Virus record (IMG/VR): IMGVR_UViG_3300028033_000029
DNA length: 20,000 nucleotides
Direction: 5' to 3' (one strand)
DNA from: an uncultured virus (IMG/VR IMGVR_UViG_3300028033_000029)
Lineage: Duplodnaviria; Heunggongvirae; Uroviricota; Caudoviricetes
The notes below the pieces were generated by a model. The model saw only the letters and a program-made list of their open reading frames with translations. It ran no database searches and had not been told where the DNA came from. Shown piece after piece: positions 17,839-20,000 of the stretch. Both the position numbers and the translations under genes were made by a program. How positions within the stretch are numbered: the first letter of the stretch is position 1; every line of letters starts with the position of its first letter.

Positions 17839-18237
17839 ATGAAGCCCTTTACAAAAAGATATAAAAATGATAGCATTGAAAAATATCCAATTATTAGTAA
17901 AAAGACAGGTAAAAAATATTTTGTAACGATACAACCATATTATTTAGACGAAAAATATTACAAGGAAGGTTGTATAGTGCGACTGTATGATGGTAAATTT
18001 AGATTGGGGATATTCCCTAATAAGCAATTAATAGAAATCCATTGCAAAAACGAAAATGGTATAATAAAAGAAGAATATCCTGACAAGGATATGCATAGTA
18101 ATTTCCCTTATAATTTGATTGGGTTGGCAAAATATGCAGTTGCTAGTTATGAGATAAACTGCGAAAAAGAGAAAAAGGTTATAGAAACATTTGAAAAAGA
18201 TTTTGAGGAGTTTGAAAAATGGGATGGAGTAGTGTGA
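17839..18237 (+). CDS. Hypothetical phage protein (132 aa)
   Basis: SD AAGGAGGT plus ATG. Confidence 0.7.
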   Translation: MKPFTKRYKNDSIEKYPIISKKTGKKYFVTIQPYYLDEKYYKEGCIVRLYDGKFRLGIFPNKQLIEIHCKNENGIIKEEYPDKDMHSNFPYNLIGLAKYAVASYEINCEKEKKVIETFEKDFEEFEKWDGVV

Positions 18238-18283
18238 TTTGATTATTAACATATAAAAACAATAAAAATTTCATAAAAAACTC

Positions 18284-18311
18284 TTGACAAAGAAAAAATA
18301 CGTGGTATAAT
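18284..18311 (+). promoter_or_regulatory. Consensus sigma-A promoter with extended -10, upstream of cas12f
   Basis: TTGACA (18284-18289), 16 nt, TATAAT (18306-18311) with TGn and an A-rich UP element. Confidence 0.85.
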
Positions 18312-18403
18312 ATAAAATGTGAGGTGAACGAGATGGATACAAGTTAATAAAATTTATTTTTCAGTGCACGTTATAATAATAATGATAATGAGGAGACGAT
18401 AAA

Positions 18404-19777
18404 ATGGCGAAGCGAAAAAGAGATAAAAATGCTGTAGTTAAAACATTAAAACTTGAATTAGTAGATGTTTTAAATTATGAACCACCGCCTAAAAAAGATG
18501 GTGAAGAGTATACTGAAAAAGAAAAGAAACGGATGTTTAGAAAAGAACTTAGAAACTTACAAAAAAGGATAGCCCAAACTAGTAATTATATTATGCGTGA
18601 ATATTTTTTGTGGGAACTTAAAAGAATTGAGGCATCTAAAAATGGGATTATACTCAATGAAAAAGAAGAATTAGGCACCACACTACAAAACAAAGGATAT
18701 AGAATTGCAACTGAAACTTTAAAAGGGTTAAACACAAGGAATATATCGGCTTTAACATCTTGGTTGTGGGAAAATTGGCGAAAGTATAAAAAGAAAGTAT
18801 TTAATGGAAGCATGAGTTTACCTTCTTATGGCTTAAAGCAACCCATACATATCATAAAAGAGAATTATAAAATAATGCCATATAAAAATAATAATGAGTA
18901 TATAGTAGAAATAACATTTCTAAGTCCTTCTGAAGGAAGAAATCGTACTTTAAAATTTGTTACTGTAAGGCAGGACAAGTATCGCCAAAATATCATTAAT
19001 AAGATATTAAGTGGTGAGTATAGGCAAGGGTCAGCACAACTTATTTTAGAAAATAATCCTAATAAAAATTTAAGCGCACAAAAAATATTTTTCCATTTCA
19101 ATTATGAGTTTGTACCTCAAGTAAAAGAAGAGTTATCTGATAAAATTTTGGGACTTGATTTAGGACTTAAAAATGTGGTTGTTATGCAAGTGTACGACCC
19201 ACAACAAGGGAAATTTGAAGATTTAGATGAAAATGAGTGTATGATAGATGGTACAGAATTAGTTATTTACAAAAACAAAATAGAAGCTTTAAGAAAAAAA
19301 GCTAATAAAGCCACTAAATGGAAAGGTCAGGGCAACACAGGACATGGTAGAAAAAAAAGAACTAAAAATGCCTTAAATATAGGACACAAAATTAAAAATT
19401 CTAAGAGCACTTATAATTATAAACTAGCTAAATATATAATTGATTTTGCATTAAAGTATCAATGTAAATATATTAAAATGGAAAAATTAACAAGACATGG
19501 GTTTAGTGATACATTACTTCAAAATTGGACATTTAATGATTTGCAAAACAAGATAAAAAATAAAGCTAAAGAAAATGGAATTGAGGTTTTATTTGTTGAA
19601 CCGCAGTATACTTCTCAACAATGCAGCAAATGTGGATATATAGATAAGGAAAACAGGGAAACAAGGGATAATTTTAAATGTAAGAAGTGCGGTTTTGAAA
19701 TAGATGCTGATATAAATGCAGCACGAAATATAGCACTTTCGGAAAAAATTATTAAAGAAGATGATGATGATGAATAA
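18404..19777 (+). CDS. cas12f: Type V-F CRISPR effector, Cas12f1-like (TnpB superfamily), 457 aa, RuvC intact
   Basis: RuvC-I 'LGLDLG', RuvC-II 'IKMEKL', RuvC-III 'DADINAARNIA'; Zn finger 'YTSQQCSKCG...CKKCG'. Blocks 'GSMSLPSY', 'ILSGEY', 'GHGRKKR' and 'LQNWTFNDLQNKI' match AsCas12f1 as recalled. No tnpA nearby; tracr-like element, leader and repeat follow. Confidence 0.85.
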   Translation: MAKRKRDKNAVVKTLKLELVDVLNYEPPPKKDGEEYTEKEKKRMFRKELRNLQKRIAQTSNYIMREYFLWELKRIEASKNGIILNEKEELGTTLQNKGYRIATETLKGLNTRNISALTSWLWENWRKYKKKVFNGSMSLPSYGLKQPIHIIKENYKIMPYKNNNEYIVEITFLSPSEGRNRTLKFVTVRQDKYRQNIINKILSGEYRQGSAQLILENNPNKNLSAQKIFFHFNYEFVPQVKEELSDKILGLDLGLKNVVVMQVYDPQQGKFEDLDENECMIDGTELVIYKNKIEALRKKANKATKWKGQGNTGHGRKKRTKNALNIGHKIKNSKSTYNYKLAKYIIDFALKYQCKYIKMEKLTRHGFSDTLLQNWTFNDLQNKIKNKAKENGIEVLFVEPQYTSQQCSKCGYIDKENRETRDNFKCKKCGFEIDADINAARNIALSEKIIKEDDDDE

Positions 19778-19800
19778 ATAGTACCTTGAAAATAAAATAC

Positions 19801-19863
19801 GGGGTGTTTCCACACCCCAAGCCGAGTTCGCCATTCTCGGCAATCCCCTATATTAAATAAAAC
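19801..19863 (+). ncRNA. Putative tracrRNA, very compact
   Basis: Hairpin 1 GGGGTGT/ACACCCC contains TTCCAC (19808-19813), complementary to repeat GTGGAA. Hairpin 2 is GCCGAG-TTCGCCATT-CTCGGC. Anti-repeat TCCCCTATAT (19844-19853) is complementary to repeat ATATAGGGGA, and terminal AAAC to repeat GTTT. Confidence 0.75.
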
Positions 19864-19870
19864 AAAATGG

Positions 19871-19969
19871 CTGTCGTCGATCCCCTATAGTTTTTGCATT
19901 ATTAAACATCGACGACAAAATAAAGAAAACAAAACCTATACATATTGGGAAATAAGGGTTTTAAAACGG
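19871..19969 (+). promoter_or_regulatory. CRISPR leader
   Basis: Perfect inverted repeat TGTCGTCGAT (19872-19881) / ATCGACGACA (19908-19917), then an AT-rich tract with AAAACC...GGTTTT, ending ...ACGG at the repeat. Resembles clostridial CRISPR leaders as recalled. Confidence 0.65.
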
Positions 19970-19999
19970 GTTTAGCTCTAACATATAGGGGAGTGGAAC
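19970..19999 (+). CRISPR. First CRISPR repeat (30 nt, GTTTAGCTCTAACATATAGGGGAGTGGAAC); array presumably continues beyond the window
   Basis: GTTT...GAAC termini, 30-nt length, position after a leader and complementarity to the upstream anti-repeat. Only one copy is visible. Confidence 0.7.
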
Positions 20000-20000
20000 G

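Noticed and set aside
18404..19777. IS200/IS605 or IS607 TnpB transposon
   Set aside because: No tnpA or recognisable left-end hairpin. The gene has a phage-type promoter, Cas12f1-like blocks, and a downstream anti-repeat, leader and repeat.
18404..19777. Nuclease-dead TnpB/Cas12f regulator (TldR or dCas12f type)
   Set aside because: All three RuvC acidic residues (D, E, D) are present.
616..19843. All minus-strand ORFs and the nested + ORF 3075..3278 in the track
   Set aside because: They overlap well-supported + strand genes, show no motifs and have antisense-shadow composition.
1..20000. tRNA or rRNA genes
   Set aside because: No cloverleaf, T-loop or rRNA-like segment seen; intergenic gaps are short.

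Overview
AT-rich, gene-dense window with every credible gene on the + strand, strong GGAGG Shine-Dalgarno sites and consensus sigma-A promoters. It is most consistent with the early/replication region of a large Firmicutes (probably clostridial) phage or prophage; that host assignment is inference. Gene order: C-terminus of a DUF2828/vWA-like gene followed by a structured hairpin; small hypotheticals; AAA_24/Sak4-like ATPase, SSB, HTH, Zn-finger proteins and YopX; a replisome block (DnaB helicase, DnaG primase, Fe-S PD-(D/E)XK nuclease, DnaE); a DNA-modification cluster (four methyltransferase genes, one with an in-frame stop, plus a radical SAM enzyme). The main finding is at the right end: an AsCas12f1-like type V-F nuclease with intact RuvC and its own promoter. 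It is followed by a ~63-nt tracrRNA-like element with a split anti-repeat, a palindromic CRISPR leader and one complete 30-nt repeat ending 1 nt before the window edge. No cas1/cas2 is present in the window, and the array itself cannot be seen. Secondary signals: a repeated AATAAAA-N6-TTTTATT palindrome at gene junctions, two promoter + SD + mini-ORF leaders, a possible -1 frameshift gene and two ATA-start genes. Family calls come from motifs recognised by eye, not database searches.
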